A stretch of 63,595 bases of DNA, the filler included, from a bacterium (GTDB lineage: Bacteria > UBA9089 > CG2-30-40-21 > SBAY01): assembly GCA_040757115.1 (NCBI GenBank). It is 6 parts of 6 records of this genome, joined end to end, with 100 filler letters (N's around TTAATTAATTAA, not from the genome) between each part and the next. Parts side by side here need not be neighbours in the genome. Positions count along the whole stretch, not along the records: positions 1 to 6,619 come from JBFLYA010000208.1; positions 6,720 to 13,314 come from JBFLYA010000209.1; 4 more parts are not named here. One strand, written 5' to 3'. Of the stretch, positions 1 through 9,215 are shown piece by piece. Position numbers and translations under genes: made by a program. The notes below the pieces were generated by a model, which ran no database searches, was not told where the DNA came from, and worked only from the letters and a program-made list of their open reading frames with translations. Numbering within the stretch: the first letter of the stretch is position 1; the number at the start of each line of letters is the position of its first letter.

Positions 1-16
1 TTTGTGGGTAACTTTT

Positions 17-342
17 AACACCTCTATTATTATCAATTTCCTCCAAAGAGCAAAATGCAAAACTCGTTTATAGTTTAGGGTTTATAGTTTATAGTGTATA
101 GTTTATAGTTTATGGTTTATAGTTTATAGTCTATAGTCCTTCAACTATAAACTATCAACTATAAACTATCAACTATCTACTACATTTCAGCGTTAAAATA
201 GTTGAAGCAAAGATATTACCAAATTCCTCCAACTCTTTGAGAAACCATGCTACTTCCTTTTTGAAATTTGATTTGTAATTTTGCATTTTGATATTTGATA
301 TTTATTTGTTGTCTCCCCCAAATCCTATTTTGCAGAACCCTA
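17..342 (-). mobile_element. Deletion derivative of the TAGGGTTCTGCAAAA four-helix-bundle miniature element
   Basis: Ends ...TTTTGCAGAACCCTA at 342. 185-257 is the reverse complement of the 3' end of the gene at 51565-51936. Contains inverted TTATAGT/ACTATAA heptamer arrays. Confidence 0.8.
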
Positions 343-447
343 CTGAGTGATATAAGCATCAAAATGATGCTTGATTGAAGTCTATTATACCGGAAAAGGA
401 GGCATCAGGGAATAGTACAGTTTTCCTAAAAATGTATCTTTTTCTTC

Positions 448-477
448 TTGACATCAAATATCCTCATATGCTAAACT
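448..477 (+). promoter_or_regulatory. Sigma70-type promoter of the repeated promoter-attC unit (copy 1)
   Basis: TTGACA-18-TAAACT with extended -10 TG; near-identical copies at 2236-2265 and 12887-12916. Confidence 0.7.
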
Positions 478-525
478 TAAAATAGTTCTACAAAGCTGGC
501 AAAAAAACTGCCACAAAGTGGCTTA

Positions 526-587
526 GTTCAACCCAGCGCTGCACCTGACCCTCGCTTCGCTCGGGCAGGTGAGATTGGTCGTTAGCT
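526..587 (+). other. Integron attC site
   Basis: GTTCAAC...GTTAGCT enclosing imperfect palindrome CACCTGACC-CTCGCTTCGCTC-GGGCAGGTG. Confidence 0.85.
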
Positions 588-616
588 CAATAAATTCTAA
601 AAAGCAAGGTTGAAAA

Positions 617-907
617 ATGAAAATAGAGAAGAAATTCAAAAGATTAAAAGAAATAAAAGCAGACATTCAAAAAAGTTATTTTATAAAACAAATTGGGGTG
701 TTTGGCTCATATATTAGAAAGGAAGAGGAATCTGAGAGTGATTTAGATATTTTGGTTGAATTCTATAAACCAATAGATATTTTTAAATTTATGGAATTAG
801 AAAGATTTCTCTCCGAAGAATTAAATATTAAAGTAGACCTTGTAAGTAAAAAAGCCTTGAAGCCTTTTATAGGAAGAGAGATTTTAAAGGAAGTAGTATA
901 TGTCTAA
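617..907 (+). CDS. Minimal nucleotidyltransferase (MNT) antitoxin
   Basis: GVFGSY...SDLDILVEF...KVDLV motifs; overlaps a downstream HEPN gene. Confidence 0.9.
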   Translation: MKIEKKFKRLKEIKADIQKSYFIKQIGVFGSYIRKEEESESDLDILVEFYKPIDIFKFMELERFLSEELNIKVDLVSKKALKPFIGREILKEVVYV

Positions 908-1262
908 GAGCGAGTTTAGAGATTCTTTGGTAGATGTTTGGAAAGAAATAGAACATATAGAAAGGTTTTCAACATCTCTTAATTATGAAGGATTGATGGA
1001 AGACGAGAAAACTCTGTATGCAATTGTAAGGTGTTTTGAAATTATTGGCGAGGCAGTAAAGAATATTCCAGAAGAGGTTAAAGAAAACTATTGCCAAATT
1101 CCATGGAAAGATATGGGGGGAATGAGGCACAAATTAATTCATGAATACTTTGGGGTTGACTATGAAATATTATGGGAGACCATAAAACATAGAATCCCAG
1201 AACTAAGAAGGGAATGGTTAAAGATACTGGAAGATTATGAATTAAAAGAGATTCAGAGCTAA
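900..1262 (+). CDS. HEPN/DUF86 (HepT-like) RNase toxin
   Basis: EIIGEA and IPW..M.GMRHKLIHEYFGVD (RX4H) motifs. Confidence 0.9.
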   Translation: MSKSEFRDSLVDVWKEIEHIERFSTSLNYEGLMEDEKTLYAIVRCFEIIGEAVKNIPEEVKENYCQIPWKDMGGMRHKLIHEYFGVDYEILWETIKHRIPELRREWLKILEDYELKEIQS

Positions 1263-1318
1263 CAACTCGGCTATCAGCTAACCTCTCTTCGTTCGGTAGA
1301 TGAACTCTATCGTTAGCC
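1257..1318 (+). other. Integron attC site
   Basis: AGCTAAC (complement of GTTAGCT at 581) ... GTTAGCC; overlaps the HEPN stop codon. Confidence 0.8.
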
Positions 1319-1352
1319 GTACAAATTTTATCAATACAACAGGAGTTAGGTT

Positions 1353-2021
1353 ATGAAAAGTAGATTCCAAGATATACTATTCATACTTTTTGCTGTTGTA
1401 GTCATACCATTTTGCTATTGGACTTGTGGTATGAGAGGTCTTGCTGTTTTGGCATGGGCTTTTTTCTTACCACTCTATGTGCTGCGACTTGTAATCTGGT
1501 CTTTCTGGACAAGGTTGAAATCCTGGTTATCAGCTAAATGTACAGCCATATCCTGGAATATATTGGCATTCGGAGTCGGGGGAACTTTGGGAATTATTGT
1601 GTGGTTTGTGTTGTCCACAATCCTAAATGTTCCAAGATTTATCTTGCCCAAATGGTTGCAAATGCTCGGGTTTCTTATTGCAACAGTGGGATTAATATTG
1701 GCATTGTGGGCACAATGGCTTCTTGGCCTTCAAACTGCCATTCTTACGACTCGTATATTTGGCAAGGACAAACAAGAAGAGCGAAGAGTAGTCAGTACGG
1801 GTCCATACGCTATATTCCCTCATCCGATATTTTTAGGTGAGTGGTTAACTATAATTGGATGCTTTCTTTTAACATCACAGATTTCTCTGCTCATGTTATT
1901 ATTGATTGCTTTTTTATCAGACATGTTTGCGGCGAGCAGAGAAGAAAGAGATTTGCAAGAGCGATTTGGGGAGGAATACAAAACTTATCGCTCGCGGTTC
2001 TCCGTTTGGAAGCAATTGTAA
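1353..2021 (+). CDS. Isoprenylcysteine carboxylmethyltransferase/PEMT-family membrane protein
   Basis: Multiple TM helices; TGPYAIFPHPIFLGE and EERDLQERFGEEYKTY motifs. Confidence 0.8.
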   Translation: MKSRFQDILFILFAVVVIPFCYWTCGMRGLAVLAWAFFLPLYVLRLVIWSFWTRLKSWLSAKCTAISWNILAFGVGGTLGIIVWFVLSTILNVPRFILPKWLQMLGFLIATVGLILALWAQWLLGLQTAILTTRIFGKDKQEERRVVSTGPYAIFPHPIFLGEWLTIIGCFLLTSQISLLMLLLIAFLSDMFAASREERDLQERFGEEYKTYRSRFSVWKQL

Positions 2022-2044
2022 GAAAGTGAATTAATGAGAAGTTT

Positions 2045-2101
2045 GGCTAACGAATTAAGAATTTGTGTGGAGCAACGCTGACACACAATTCTGGGTTGAA
2101 C
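2045..2101 (+). other. Integron attC site
   Basis: GGCTAAC (complement of GTTAGCC at 1312) ... AGAATTTGTGTG/CACACAATTCT stem ... GTTGAAC. Confidence 0.75.
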
Positions 2102-2428
2102 TAACGCAATGGAGTATTATTTGGAATTTGAATAAAAGGCTATTTTGTATTTGGTAGGTTTAGTTATCTATTTTTGAGACTTCTATAGTCCGCTTTAATC
2201 CAGCTGTGAATGATTTTAATCAGCACTTTTTCTTCTTGACATCAAATATCCTAATATGCTAAACTTAAAATAGTTCTACAAAGCTGGCAAAAAAACTGCC
2301 ACAAAGTGGCGTAGTTCAACGAATCATTGCAGCGGACTGCGGGGGAGCTGAGCACTTCTCAAAGTTTTGTTATGTATATAAAGTTTAGTGGCAATTCTCC
2401 CTGCCGCCGATGAACTCAAGCATTAGCT
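2095..2428 (+). other. Gene-less promoter cassette with long attC (2314-2428; core mutated to ATTAGCT)
   Basis: Starts GTTGAAC, complementary GTTCAAC at 2314; no ORF; TTGACA-18-TAAACT at 2236-2265. Confidence 0.7.
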
Positions 2429-2479
2429 GGTTGCGCCAAAATCGAGAAGGTATTCTGAAGACGGTGGATTTTGTAATAA

Positions 2480-3229
2480 ATGAGCCCAAAAAAGAAAAAA
2501 CAATACTATGTAGTCATACAGGGGCATAAGCCGGGAATCTACGATAAATGGTATGGACCAGGCGGTGCCGCAGAACAAGTTGTGGGATTTCCTGAAGCGC
2601 TTTATAAAGGATTCTACACTCAGGAAGAAATACATAAGTGGTTGAAGGAACCTGGTGAAACATCCTTTCTATTGGAGCGTATTCCTGAATTACTCGACAA
2701 ACCTGCTTGTTCACCACTTGAAGATTCCAATGCTTTGATTAAAAGAAGAGAGGTAGTGATTTACACCGACGGAGCGGCTATTAGCAATCCAGGACCCGGT
2801 GGTTATGGCGTGATTCTCCTTCACAAAGGGCGGAGGAAAGAACTATCCGGCGGTTACCGTCTGACGACTAATAATCGCATGGAACTGCGTGCTTGTATCG
2901 TTGGACTCAAGGCTTTGAAGTTCAAGTGTTCAGTGGTTATCTGGACTGACTCAAAGTATGTAATTCACGGTATTACTAAAGGCTGGGCAAGGCGATGGCG
3001 CGCCAACAACTGGATGCGTGGTCCAGAAAATAAGGCCGAAAATCCAGATTTATGGGCAGAGTTACTTGAGTTGTGTGAAAAACACGATGTGAAATTTAGA
3101 TGGGTAAAGGGACATGATGGCAATCCGCAAAACGAACGATGTGACCAATTGGCAAACAAAATGGCCAGACGAAGAGATTTGCCAGCAGACGAAGTTTATG
3201 AAACCATGAAAATCAAAAAGGACAGATAA
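2480..3229 (+). CDS. rnhA: Ribonuclease HI with N-terminal hybrid-binding (Cauli_VI-like) domain
   Basis: YYVV..GHKPGIYDKW N-domain; IYTDGA..NPGPGG, TTNNRMEL, TDSKYV, WVKGH..NERCD. Confidence 0.95.
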   Translation: MSPKKKKQYYVVIQGHKPGIYDKWYGPGGAAEQVVGFPEALYKGFYTQEEIHKWLKEPGETSFLLERIPELLDKPACSPLEDSNALIKRREVVIYTDGAAISNPGPGGYGVILLHKGRRKELSGGYRLTTNNRMELRACIVGLKALKFKCSVVIWTDSKYVIHGITKGWARRWRANNWMRGPENKAENPDLWAELLELCEKHDVKFRWVKGHDGNPQNERCDQLANKMARRRDLPADEVYETMKIKKDR

Positions 3230-3288
3230 CCAATCGCTGAAGTTGACGGTGGGGGATAGTCGCACACCGCTTATTTCAGTCGTTAGAA
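3224..3288 (+). other. Integron attC site
   Basis: AGATAAC...GTTAGAA with CTGAAGTTGACGGTG/CACCGCTTATTTCAG stem; overlaps the rnhA stop. Confidence 0.8.
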
Positions 3289-3329
3289 AGTATTAAAAAG
3301 ACCAAAAAGAAAGGTAAAGGACAAATGAA

Positions 3330-5963
3330 ATGGATATTCCAAAATCTTACGACCCACATACAGTTGAAAAAAAATGGTATAAATTCTGGCAAGAAAATAA
3401 CTATTTTTATGCCAATGCTAACTCTGATAAAAAAACATTTTCTATCGTAATCCCTCCTCCGAATGTTACCGGCTCTCTTCACATGGGGCATGCCTTGAAT
3501 AATACCCTTCAAGATATTTTAATCCGATTTAAAAGGATGCAAGGATATAATACCCTCTGGCTTCCCGGAACAGACCACGCCGGTATTGCCACCCAGAATG
3601 TGGTTGAAAAACAACTTCGCCAAGAAGGTTTAAAAAGACACGATTTAGGGAGAGAAAAATTTATTCAAAGGGTCTGGGAATGGAAAAGACAATATGGAGA
3701 TTTGATTATTGAACAATTGAAAAGGTTAGGGGCATCCTGCGATTGGTCAAGAACACGATTTACAATGGATGAAGGATTATCTAAAGCGGTGCGAGAGGTT
3801 TTTGTCTCTCTTTATCAACAGGGATTTATCTACCAGGATTATTATATTGTAAATTGGTGTCCAAGATGCCAAACTGCATTAGCCGATATTGAAGTGGTGT
3901 ATAGAGTTATAAATGGCCACCTGGATTATATTAAATATCCCGGAGACAATGACCAGGCAATAATCGTTGCAACAACAAGACCGGAGACAATGTTAGGCGA
4001 TACAGCCGTTGCGGTTAATCCAGACGATAAACGATATAAACACCTGATTGGCAAGGAAGTGATATTGCCTATTTTAGGTCGAAGGCTTAAAGTCATAGGT
4101 GATAACTTTGTTGACCCTGAATTTGGCACAGGGGCAGTGAAGGTTACCCCAGCACATGACCCAAATGATTTTGAGATTGGTAAAAGGCACTCACTTCAGC
4201 AAATCAATATCCTCAATCCAGATGCCACAATGAATGAAAATGCAAGTCATTACCAGGGACTGGATAGATACGAATGTCGAAAAAGATTAGTCGAAGATTT
4301 AAAGGCACAAGGATTGTTAGTTAAAAGACAAGAATATTCCTACTCGGTCGGACATTGCTATCGCTGTGATACAATTATTGAGCCTTACTTATCCCAACAG
4401 TGGTTTGTCCGAATGAAGGAGCTGGCTAAACCAGCGATTGAAGCCGTCCAATCTGGTCGGACAGAGTTTATCCCTAAAAACTGGGAAAAGACATATTTTG
4501 AGTGGATGGTGAATATCAAAGATTGGTGCATCTCAAGACAAATATGGTGGGGACACCTGATACCTGTCTGGTATTGTCAAAAATGTAAAGCCACTTTAGT
4601 GGAAAGAGAGGACCCAACTAAATGTCTTAAGTGTGGGAGTAATGAATTGATTCAAGACCAGGATGTGCTTGATACCTGGTTTTCCTCAGCATTATGGCCA
4701 TTTTCTACACTCGGTTACCCGGAAAAGACAAAAGACCTATCTACATTTTATCCCACTTCCGTGCTTTCTACTGGTTTTGATATTATCTTTTTCTGGGTGG
4801 CAAGGATGATGATGATGGGATTGAAATTTATGGGCAATGTCCCTTTTAAGCAGGTCTATATCCATGCCTTAATTAGAGATGCCGAAGGACAAAAAATGAG
4901 TAAATCCAGAGGCAATGTCATTGACCCACTGGAAGTAATTGATAAATACGGCACAGATGCACTTAGATTTACACTGGCAATTATGGCTGTGCAAGGCAGG
5001 GATATTCTTTTATCTGAGGAAAGAATTGAAGGATACCGACATTTTTGTAATAAATTATGGAACGCCGGCAGATTCATTTTGACGAATTTAGAAGATTATG
5101 TTCGGAATTCAAAATTCGAAATTCGAAATTCGAAATTTTTATCATTAGCCGATAAATGGATTCTAAGCCGACTTAATCAGGTAATCGAAAAGGTAACCGA
5201 GGGGATAGATTCATATCGTTTTAATGAATCTGCTCAAATACTTTATGACTTTATCTGGCATGAATACTGTGATTGGTATTTAGAATTAATCAAACCAGAA
5301 TTAGGAGGGCAAAGAAGGAAGATAACACAACAGTTATTAATAGATACCTATGAGGCAATTTTAAGACTTCTGCATCCGTTTATGCCATTTATTACCGAAG
5401 AACTATGGGAGAAATTACCTGTTCACAAGACAACAAATTCTATTATGGTTACTCCCTGGCTAACATTCAATCCAGACCAGATAGATTTAGACTCAATAAA
5501 GGATATGGATTTGATTAAGGAAATAGTTGTTTCTATCCGCACGATTCGTTCAGAGATGAAGATACCCCCTCAAGTAAAATTTAAAACAGTCATTATTAAA
5601 AGTAAACCCTTTGCCCCATTGGAAGAAAATATCGTCTATGTGACATTTTTGACTCATACGGCTGAAGTAATCTTTGATTTAGATGCCACCAGGCCATTTG
5701 GAGCCGCTGTAATCATCGTTAAAGGAGTTGAGATTTATGTCCCATTAGCCGAAGTTGTTGATTTAGGTAAAGAAGAAGAACGATTGAGTAAAGAACTTTC
5801 AAAGGTAGAAAAGGAATTAAACTTACTTGAGGCGAAATTATCCAATGAAGATTTTATCACAAGAGCCCCAGTTGAGGTGGTTGATAAAGAAAAAGAAAAG
5901 TTAGAATCTTACATCTCAAAACGCGATAAGTTAGTGATGAGTTTAAAATATTATTTTCATTAA
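3330..5963 (+). CDS. valS: Valine--tRNA ligase
   Basis: PPPNVTGSLHMGH, DWCISRQIWWGH, KMSKS, C-terminal coiled coil. Confidence 0.98.
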   Translation: MDIPKSYDPHTVEKKWYKFWQENNYFYANANSDKKTFSIVIPPPNVTGSLHMGHALNNTLQDILIRFKRMQGYNTLWLPGTDHAGIATQNVVEKQLRQEGLKRHDLGREKFIQRVWEWKRQYGDLIIEQLKRLGASCDWSRTRFTMDEGLSKAVREVFVSLYQQGFIYQDYYIVNWCPRCQTALADIEVVYRVINGHLDYIKYPGDNDQAIIVATTRPETMLGDTAVAVNPDDKRYKHLIGKEVILPILGRRLKVIGDNFVDPEFGTGAVKVTPAHDPNDFEIGKRHSLQQINILNPDATMNENASHYQGLDRYECRKRLVEDLKAQGLLVKRQEYSYSVGHCYRCDTIIEPYLSQQWFVRMKELAKPAIEAVQSGRTEFIPKNWEKTYFEWMVNIKDWCISRQIWWGHLIPVWYCQKCKATLVEREDPTKCLKCGSNELIQDQDVLDTWFSSALWPFSTLGYPEKTKDLSTFYPTSVLSTGFDIIFFWVARMMMMGLKFMGNVPFKQVYIHALIRDAEGQKMSKSRGNVIDPLEVIDKYGTDALRFTLAIMAVQGRDILLSEERIEGYRHFCNKLWNAGRFILTNLEDYVRNSKFEIRNSKFLSLADKWILSRLNQVIEKVTEGIDSYRFNESAQILYDFIWHEYCDWYLELIKPELGGQRRKITQQLLIDTYEAILRLLHPFMPFITEELWEKLPVHKTTNSIMVTPWLTFNPDQIDLDSIKDMDLIKEIVVSIRTIRSEMKIPPQVKFKTVIIKSKPFAPLEENIVYVTFLTHTAEVIFDLDATRPFGAAVIIVKGVEIYVPLAEVVDLGKEEERLSKELSKVEKELNLLEAKLSNEDFITRAPVEVVDKEKEKLESYISKRDKLVMSLKYYFH

Positions 5964-5994
5964 GATATGATGATAACCGACACTCAAAATTTTT

Positions 5995-6164
5995 CCACCT
6001 GTGCAATTAGACTAATTTATCGCAGAGACGCAAAGGAAAAATAAATGTAAAATGTAAAATAGGAAATGAAAAATGGGAAATTTTAGTACTTCGCAAGACT
6101 CATTACCTTTCAGTTATACATTTTCATTTTACATTTCTCATTTTACATTTAACCGCACAGGTCG
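5995..6164. mobile_element. MITE with CCACCTGTGC/GCACAGGTCG ends and inverted AAAATGT/ACATTTT heptamers
   Basis: Near-identical copy at 31149-31332. Confidence 0.85.
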
Positions 6165-6170
6165 AGATTC

Positions 6171-6411
6171 GTAACCGTTCAGCCACAGAGGCACAGAGTT
6201 CACAGAGAATTAGAGAAATTAGCCACAAATGGACACGAATTAACCTGTGACATTCGATAAATGTAGTGCGAACCTTTAGGTTCGCTTTCCTGCTTGCCAG
6301 AAGCGCGGCTAAAGCCTCGCACTACAAATCTTTTTATTATTCGTGTTCATTCGTGGTTATATATTCCCTCTGTGTTCTTTGTGACTCTGTGGCTATATCC
6401 TGAACGGTTAC
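6171..6411. mobile_element. IS66-like MITE (GTAACCGTTCAG...CTGAACGGTTAC) with nested inverted repeats and GTAG-REP core
   Basis: 12-bp TIR; flanks CGAGATTC/CGAAATTC (7/8 TSD); inverted relative at 24402-24634. Confidence 0.85.
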
Positions 6412-6524
6412 CGAAATTCTTCCCTGGAAATGAAGACATAAAGGTCAGACCGGGAGCGCGATGCTCTTACTGGTGGCAATAAAAGTTGCCACCTGGAAAC
6501 AAAAATTACCAGAGGTGTAAGACT

Positions 6525-6619
6525 ATGGAATTATTGGACTTAGAAACTCTGATTGATACCGCTATTAAGGAAGATATAGGGAAAGGGGACATAACCACAG
6601 CCCTATGTCTGGTAAAAAA
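6525..6619 (+). CDS. nadC: Nicotinate-nucleotide pyrophosphorylase, N-terminal fragment cut by contig end
   Basis: LIDTAIKEDIGKGDITT is the typical NadC N-terminus. Confidence 0.7.
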
Positions 6620-6873
6620 NNNNNNNNNNNNNNNNNNNNNNNNNNNNNNNNNNNNNNNNNNNNTTAATTAATTAANNNNNNNNNNNNNNNNNNNNNNNNN
6701 NNNNNNNNNNNNNNNNNNNATTATCTCAGTAAGTAGATTTTCTTGATATTCTTCTCTGATATCTCCATATCCCCTTTATCCCCTTATCCCCCTTCTTATA
6801 CTAACTACGATCAAAATATTCCTATTTCACAGGTCGAAAAATTTTAAAAATATAAAAAAATATAAAAAAGTAC

Positions 6874-6902
6874 TTGACAAATTTTAATTAATGTGCTATA
6901 AT
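6874..6902 (+). promoter_or_regulatory. Consensus sigma70 promoter
   Basis: TTGACA-17-TATAAT with TG extension and A-rich upstream tract. Confidence 0.85.
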
Positions 6903-7061
6903 TTATATATCTGAAGAAAGAAGGAATAATGAAAGATAGATAGCCTAAATAAAAATGGACAAAAAAGGTGAAAGGGGAAGGCTATGATAGTTCAGGCAGT
7001 TTCTCAAGAGAAAAATGGAAGGGGAGGGGAAAAAGAGGATTTTATTACAACCTATGTGGAA

Positions 7062-7108
7062 ATAAAAGGTTACCCTATGTGTGGATAGAGTAGCCTTTTT
7101 TATTTTTT
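7062..7108 (+). terminator. Intrinsic terminator in long leader
   Basis: AAAAGGTTACCCTAT/ATAGAGTAGCCTTTT stem followed by T-rich tail. Confidence 0.65.
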
Positions 7109-7468
7109 GAGGAAAGTTTTATCTACGGCGATTCAGCAAAAGTGATGTCTAATGAAGTGGAGTGACCAATCTTTTAGATCCTGAGACTCCTAAAATAAGG
7201 TGCGGGTCAGGATGACAGGCGAGTTGAGGAGGACATTCTCGGCCTCCTTGGTAAACCAGAAGACAAATTCTATCCTGAGAGGAGAGGAGAGGTGAGGTAA
7301 GTTATTAAAGAGTTCTGGAAAATGAGATTTTACTTTATGTGTCATTCACGCCAAAGCAGGAATCAAAAGAAAATAAATGACTTTGAAAGTTCGTATCAAG
7401 TGTGGAATGACAAAAAAAATGGTATTTCCCAGAAGTCTAATTTTAACAAAAAAAGGAGGTGAAAAAGA

Positions 7469-8008
7469 ATGAAGAAATTACTAATGTTGATGGCTCTATT
7501 AGCCGTAATAGCAGTACCAGTAATGTGTTTTGCACATGTAGAGGGCGAAATTCCAGGTCCGACAGTACTGAAGTCGGATAATATCCCAGATGAGGGTGCA
7601 GGTGAGGAAGTGACGGTGAGGATTCGTGTGACGGCAGATGTGTACCCATATTTAAAGGTACGGATTAGCGAACAGCATATTCATTGGGAAATTACATCAC
7701 CAGGGATCTATACGGAAGAAGGACCATATATTTGGGTCGATAGTAACTGTCCTTACGCTGTAGAGCTTGGCTGGACAGATTTAGAAGGTCCAGGTCCAGA
7801 GCCGATAGCCCTGCTAACATCCTATGAGCTGGTACCGGCGGGGATGTATGACGAGTGGATCTTAATGTGCAAAGTGAATGCTAATGGGAATCCTCCAGCG
7901 ACCGCCAATTCTGAGGACTACTGTCTGTGGCCAGATGTACCTGTAGAACAGCAAGCCGATGGTTGGTATGAAGGTGAAGTTAGAATAGTCTTCCATGGAC
8001 ACATTTAG
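7469..8008 (+). CDS. Secreted beta-rich protein, pilin/WxL-like paralogue 1
   Basis: Signal peptide, strong SD AGGAGGTG; shares LKSD..IRVT.DVYPYLK and C-terminal GHI with the next gene. Confidence 0.7.
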   Translation: MKKLLMLMALLAVIAVPVMCFAHVEGEIPGPTVLKSDNIPDEGAGEEVTVRIRVTADVYPYLKVRISEQHIHWEITSPGIYTEEGPYIWVDSNCPYAVELGWTDLEGPGPEPIALLTSYELVPAGMYDEWILMCKVNANGNPPATANSEDYCLWPDVPVEQQADGWYEGEVRIVFHGHI

Positions 8009-8361
8009 AGAAGAAGAAAGGTTTATAGATGAAAAAAAGGGGAAGGAGGAAAAAATTTCTTTCCTCCTTCCCTAAAAAGTGTGAAATAAGAATGATAACC
8101 GTGGAGAGATAAAAATATGCAATTGGATTGAGGGGAAAAATTATCCGAAAATAACTTGATGCTAAAAATTAGAGACAAGGAAACCGAAGGGAAAAATAAA
8201 TATTAATGGTGAAAAATATGAATCTCGCGTGAAAGTGTGGTTATATAAATTTTGAAGTATAGAGAAGTAAATATTTATATGTGGGGAGAAAGAAAGAGTG
8301 TAGTGGTGCTATGTTACCGTGAAAATTAAACTAAAATATATAATTCTAAGGAGAAAAAAGA

Positions 8362-8994
8362 ATGAGTAAAAAATTGAAGGGGTGGAAAGGTTATATAATA
8401 GCGTTGTTCTTAATAACAATTGCAATTACCAGTAAGGCAGATATTGCTTTGGCCAAGGGTGCAATATTAAAATCAGACCATATTGAGCAGGCTGGAGAAG
8501 GTGAGATTGTCACTGGTAAAATAAGGGTCACAGGAGATGTATACCCATATTTGAAAATAACAATTGTTGACCCTAATATTACCTGGGATATTAATGGTGG
8601 AACAGGAGAAGCGGCGAGTGCAGGACCGTTGGTAATGGTAAAGGCAAATTCTTTATTTAATATTGGTGTAGGTGATGTTGATAACTTAATAAATACAGCA
8701 TATCCCCCGGACTACAATACAGGCGCAAATATATTAGAAACATGGTTTGCAACGGGGGATAACGAAATTGATAATCCATTTGAGGAAATATTACCACCCA
8801 ATAAGGCTATCATCGCAGGAAGTAATGACCCTACTAATCCTAATCACGGGGATTTAGAATGGAATATTGCACCAACCTATATCTCGTATGTGAGTAAATA
8901 TCTCTGGAATAAAATTAGGGTTGAAGGAAATGATGAAGCAGGTCATTATTTAGACCCAGATGGATATATTATCATCATCTATGGACATATTTAA
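8362..8994 (+). CDS. Secreted beta-rich protein, pilin/WxL-like paralogue 2
   Basis: Signal peptide; KYLWNK and AGHYLD...GHI C-terminus. Confidence 0.7.
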   Translation: MSKKLKGWKGYIIALFLITIAITSKADIALAKGAILKSDHIEQAGEGEIVTGKIRVTGDVYPYLKITIVDPNITWDINGGTGEAASAGPLVMVKANSLFNIGVGDVDNLINTAYPPDYNTGANILETWFATGDNEIDNPFEEILPPNKAIIAGSNDPTNPNHGDLEWNIAPTYISYVSKYLWNKIRVEGNDEAGHYLDPDGYIIIIYGHI

Positions 8995-9215
8995 TATTAT
9001 GGTTTGGTTCATATAAGTTAGGGGAGAAATTATCTCTCCAAATAGGGATAGATAAACGCCGATAGAAAACTTAGAGAGAGGAATAAATTCTTTCTTTTTA
9101 GCAACAATCTTTTGGGCAAGATGATAAGAAAGAGATAATTCTTTTCTAAGGGGGTAAAAGAGGGCTTCGTTTTATACGAGAACATTCAATATTTTGAAGG
9201 AGGTAAAAAAATAAA

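Noticed and set aside
497-511. Sigma54-like TGGCA-N7-TGC in the promoter module
   Set aside because: Spacing fits but the consensus is weak, it is part of a small palindrome, and copy 3 has lost the GG.
6294-6482. Short ORFs in repeat regions (also 12300-12533, 14751-15107, 20851-21072, 25073-25333, 39047-39253, 58080-58418)
   Set aside because: Chance frames across MITEs, tRNA or chimeric fragments; only the embedded GxxExxY/DUF1257 pieces are meaningful.
6421-6520. Possible riboswitch upstream of nadC
   Set aside because: Only one hairpin (GGTGGCAA/TTGCCACC) was seen; no recognisable aptamer consensus.
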